From: Promethearchaeati archaeon
Lineage (GTDB): Archaea; Asgardarchaeota; Heimdallarchaeia; JABLTI01
Reading direction: 5' to 3'
NCBI GenBank assembly: GCA_013166835.1
Contig: JABLTI010000001.1
Span: 22,852 to 86,851 of the forward strand
DNA: 64,000 nucleotides
A program made the position numbers and the translations under genes. Below the pieces are notes generated by a model. It saw only the letters and a program-made list of their open reading frames with translations, was not told the origin of the DNA and did not search any database. Positions 60,957-64,000 of this stretch are shown here, in pieces (positions within the stretch are counted from its first letter, which is position 1; every line of letters begins with the position of its first letter).

Positions 60957-61030
60957 GTTGAGATTTACCTCACACTTTAAACTGCTCAACCTTGAGTGAA
61001 TTAGATGGGTATACATCTGAATTACTCTCT
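60957..61030 (+). ncRNA. Candidate two-hairpin small RNA or rps8e leader
   Basis: TTTTATAA at 60928-60935; stems GTTGAG/CTCAAC (60957-60990) and 60994-61027. Confidence 0.45.
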
Positions 61031-61110
61031 AGGATTAATAGTAAAGGTTTTAAAGTCAGCCAAAGAGCGAGAAGATATAGAAAATTCAAACATTAGTGGT
61101 TGTTGAAATA

Positions 61111-61860
61111 ATGGCACGTTGGCAGGGATTAAGCCGAAGAACAAAATCGGGTGCAAGACTAAAGAGGCACCACGAGAAAAGAAAAGCTGAACTAGGTAGG
61201 CCAGAAGCTCAAACAATAATAGGTGAACCAAGGGTCAAGCAAATTAGAACCCGTGGTGGAAATCACAAGTATAGAGCTCATCGTTTAGATTATTGTAATT
61301 TATCAGATCCGAATACCAGAAAAGCAGAAAAAGTACGCATTCTTGATGTCGAATCAAATCCTGCAAATAAAGAATACACCCGAAGAAAAGTAATGACTAA
61401 AGGTGCTTTAATCAGGACAGAAAAAGGATATGCAATTATTACCAATCGTCCTGGACAAGAAGGATTTATCGCTGCAGTACCAACTCAAATTGATGTTGAT
61501 GCTACTCAACAAAGAACCATTTCTGCAAAGAAGAAGAAACGACAAACCTTACAAAGAAAGAAAATTGGTAGTGCTTCAGGTACCCAAAAGAAACCAACCA
61601 CTAAGAAACCTGTAGCCAAACCAGCGGCTCCAAAACCAAAAGCAGCTCCTGCTAAAAAACCAGCAGCACCTAAACCTAAGGCTGATGCAGCTGATGAGGT
61701 TCCAACTGTTACTGTTGATAAGGAAATTGTTGTCGCTTACAAAGGCAGAAACTACAAATTTGACAAGAAAATCTCTATGAAGGATTTGAAGGAAAAGAAA
61801 GCTCCTAAAATTGTCAAAGATAGAGTAGCAGAAGCACGAGAATTCAAAAGTTGGTCTTAA
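61111..61860 (+). CDS. rps8e: 30S ribosomal protein S8e with a long C-terminal extension
   Basis: MARWQG.SRR..SG, ELGR, RTRGGN, TKGALI, RPGQEG. Confidence 0.95.
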   Translation: MARWQGLSRRTKSGARLKRHHEKRKAELGRPEAQTIIGEPRVKQIRTRGGNHKYRAHRLDYCNLSDPNTRKAEKVRILDVESNPANKEYTRRKVMTKGALIRTEKGYAIITNRPGQEGFIAAVPTQIDVDATQQRTISAKKKKRQTLQRKKIGSASGTQKKPTTKKPVAKPAAPKPKAAPAKKPAAPKPKADAADEVPTVTVDKEIVVAYKGRNYKFDKKISMKDLKEKKAPKIVKDRVAEAREFKSWS

Positions 61861-61904
61861 ACTAACCCATTTCATTTTTGAAAGGATACAATTCCTTTCA
61901 TTCT

Positions 61905-62936
61905 TTAATATTCATTTTCTAAATCGACTACATTGAGGAAGTTAGTTTCTTCTCGAGTAAAACGACTGATATTCTCAATAACTTCATTCCAACGTCGAAG
62001 ATCACTCATAGGAGATGCTCCTCGATGAGGACTCAGAATCACATTATCAAGTTCAAAAAATGGAAACTTGGTTGGGAATTTTCTCCCTGAGGAATCAGCT
62101 TCCGGTCGGTAATCATACCAAACATCTATTGCTGCCCCAGCAATTGTTTTGTTTTTCAAAGCTTGGTAGAAACTCTCTTCCTCTATAACTTCACCTCGAG
62201 CAACAGTAACTAATAATCCCTCAGAACCTAGTAATTCCAATTCTTTCTTACTAATTAATCCCTTAGTTTTTGTCGTCAAGGGGACAGCCACGATTAAGGT
62301 ATCAATTGTCTCGAGAAACTTGGGTAATTCAGCATCAGAATATTTGGTGATGGGTGTGGGATAGGATTCTGTTCTTTTTCTTTTCCAATCTTTTTTCAAA
62401 ATGTGAAAGTTAACATCAAATCCTGCTAGGAATTTGTGCACCTTTGTATTAATGGCTCCATAACCGAGTAAACCGATTTCTCTATCACGTAAAGGAGTAG
62501 ATTTCGCATCAGCATCTCCTTTTCGCCACTGTCCTTCCTGCATCCACGTGTGATGAGGGATAATTTTGTTAGTAAGAGAAAGTAGTAAAGCAACAACATG
62601 CTGTGCTGTAAAATATGTATTTCCGTGCCCGTTCACAAGAGTAATATCACGGTCTCGAGTAATTTTGCTGAAAAGCTCAGTAAGATGCTGAACACCAACT
62701 CCTGGATTAATGAAAAGCCTTAGTTTTTGCGCTTCATTTAGAAATTCTTCAGTAGGACGCCAACCAATAACAATATTGGCTTTTGGTGCATATTCCATGA
62801 AAGTTTCAGGTTCAGTATTCTCTGGAAAAATAAGCTTAACTTGTGGATACTTTTCAAGTCCTTTTACTAAGTAATCCCTTAACTCTTGACGTACATCGAA
62901 AATGCACAAGACGGTAACATCTTTACTTTCAGTCAT
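61905..62936 (-). CDS. D-2-hydroxyacid dehydrogenase family protein
   Basis: GYGAI, PLT..T, VARG, AAIDVW, SPH. Confidence 0.92.
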   Translation of the reverse strand: MTESKDVTVLCIFDVRQELRDYLVKGLEKYPQVKLIFPENTEPETFMEYAPKANIVIGWRPTEEFLNEAQKLRLFINPGVGVQHLTELFSKITRDRDITLVNGHGNTYFTAQHVVALLLSLTNKIIPHHTWMQEGQWRKGDADAKSTPLRDREIGLLGYGAINTKVHKFLAGFDVNFHILKKDWKRKRTESYPTPITKYSDAELPKFLETIDTLIVAVPLTTKTKGLISKKELELLGSEGLLVTVARGEVIEEESFYQALKNKTIAGAAIDVWYDYRPEADSSGRKFPTKFPFFELDNVILSPHRGASPMSDLRRWNEVIENISRFTREETNFLNVVDLENEY

Positions 62937-63024
62937 TACTAGTCAATTCTATCCATTTTATCTATACATAAAAATCTTCGGTAGCAGAGAAAAATAAAGA
63001 GAAAACGGTGTAAAATCACCGTTC

Positions 63025-64000
63025 TTACTTATCATTATTTGACTTGGTAACTACAAGACCATCTCTATTTATCTTACCATCTACTAATTCTATTGCTCTT
63101 ATTCCATCTTGAATAAGATTTATGTCATGCGTTGCTATCAAGAAAGTAATTCCAGTTTTTCTATGGAGCTCATATATTTGATTCATCGCTTGCCCTGCTA
63201 ATTCCGAATCTAAGTTCGCTGTAGGTTCATCGAGAATTACTATGGGTGGAAAATCATTATTTGCAATCGCTAGAGATGCTCTCTGCAATTCCCCACCAGA
63301 TATTTCCAATGGGAAGGACTCCATTCGATGAAGGATATCGAATCTCTTTAACTGCTCAGTTACTTTATCATCCAATGTTCGAGCTCTGAATCGTTTACCA
63401 GAAAATATATCTTTCAAGTAAAAATTCTCATCAACAGTAAGAAATGGATGCAAATTACCTTGTTGTGAAACTAAGCCCATCTGATTTCTTCTAAAATCTG
63501 CTTTTTCTGAATCAGTGAGATTGCTAAAGAATTCTTTAATAATCTTAATTTCACCATCAGTTGAACTTTCTAATCCAGTAATCAGTTTTACTAGTGTTGT
63601 TTTCCCTGAACCAGAAGGTCCAAGAATAAAGACAATTTCTCCTTTTTTCACTATGAAATTAATGTCTGATAATGCTTGAACATCTGTTCCATTACTTGTA
63701 TAAATTTTAGAAACATCTTGTAACTGAACGACAATTTCCTTTCTTGTGAAATATTTCTTAGGTAGTGGATCCATAGTCAATATTTTTCGACGTTCTTTAA
63801 TCTCTTCTAAAACAATTTTTTCTGGGATAACACCCATCGGATGTGTTAACTTTACTTCCCCATCTTCTGATAATTCGAAAACAATGTCTTTATCAATTTT
63901 CAATGATTTGAGGACAAGATCTGGAACACGAATACTACTTGAAGAATCAAGTTGACTCTTAAATTTGAGAGGAAATGAGGTTTTGCCACTATAAGCTAGT
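63025..64000 (-). CDS. ABC ATPase (LolD-like), 5'-truncated, preceded by an AbrB-like segment
   Basis: GPSGSGKT, ISGGE, LDEPT, THD; frame open from 63903 to the window end. Confidence 0.88.
   Translation of the reverse strand, partial: LAYSGKTSFPLKFKSQLDSSSSIRVPDLVLKSLKIDKDIVFELSEDGEVKLTHPMGVIPEKIVLEEIKERRKILTMDPLPKKYFTRKEIVVQLQDVSKIYTSNGTDVQALSDINFIVKKGEIVFILGPSGSGKTTLVKLITGLESSTDGEIKIIKEFFSNLTDSEKADFRRNQMGLVSQQGNLHPFLTVDENFYLKDIFSGKRFRARTLDDKVTEQLKRFDILHRMESFPLEISGGELQRASLAIANNDFPPIVILDEPTANLDSELAGQAMNQIYELHRKTGITFLIATHDINLIQDGIRAIELVDGKINRDGLVVTKSNNDK

Noticed and set aside
60851-61110. SRP (7S) RNA next to rps8e
   Set aside because: Too short and AT-rich, with no helix 8 GNAR motif seen
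3439-63955. Many short ORFs in the track that are antisense to or nested in long genes (for example 14346..14672, 20128..20514, 43742..44113)
   Set aside because: They overlap well-supported genes, lack motifs and look like shadow frames
1-64000. CRISPR arrays, transposases/IS ends, integrases, rRNA
   Set aside because: No regularly spaced repeats, transposase or integrase motifs, or rRNA-like tract seen by eye

Overview
AT-rich archaeal chromosomal segment, most likely Asgard (Heimdallarchaeia-like; inferred from gene content, not phylogeny). It has archaeal information-processing genes (SRP19, Gar1, thermosome, Ard1, rpS8e, a cdc6-gins23-mcm-hel308 block with ORB-like repeats) and eukaryotic-signature proteins (a Rab-like GTPase next to a gelsolin-domain protein). 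It also carries a surface-glycosylation cluster (1-12 kb), purC and purB, three DegV proteins, an orphan GcvPA/PB-SDR-kinase operon and tandem zinc-ribbon site-2 proteases. No rRNA, tRNA, CRISPR array or transposase was recognised. The least explained signals lie between annotated genes. (i) Three TATA-led, hairpin-rich candidate ncRNAs (about 24.8, 44.3 and 61.0 kb); two expose an anti-Shine-Dalgarno-like UUACCUCAC motif and one has mutually exclusive folds. (ii) A pair of highly divergent TFB-like genes next to the 24.8 kb RNA. (iii) A two-gene unit of related 28-aa basic peptides with its own promoter and 3' hairpin. All family calls were made by eye from motifs; no searches or folding programs were run.
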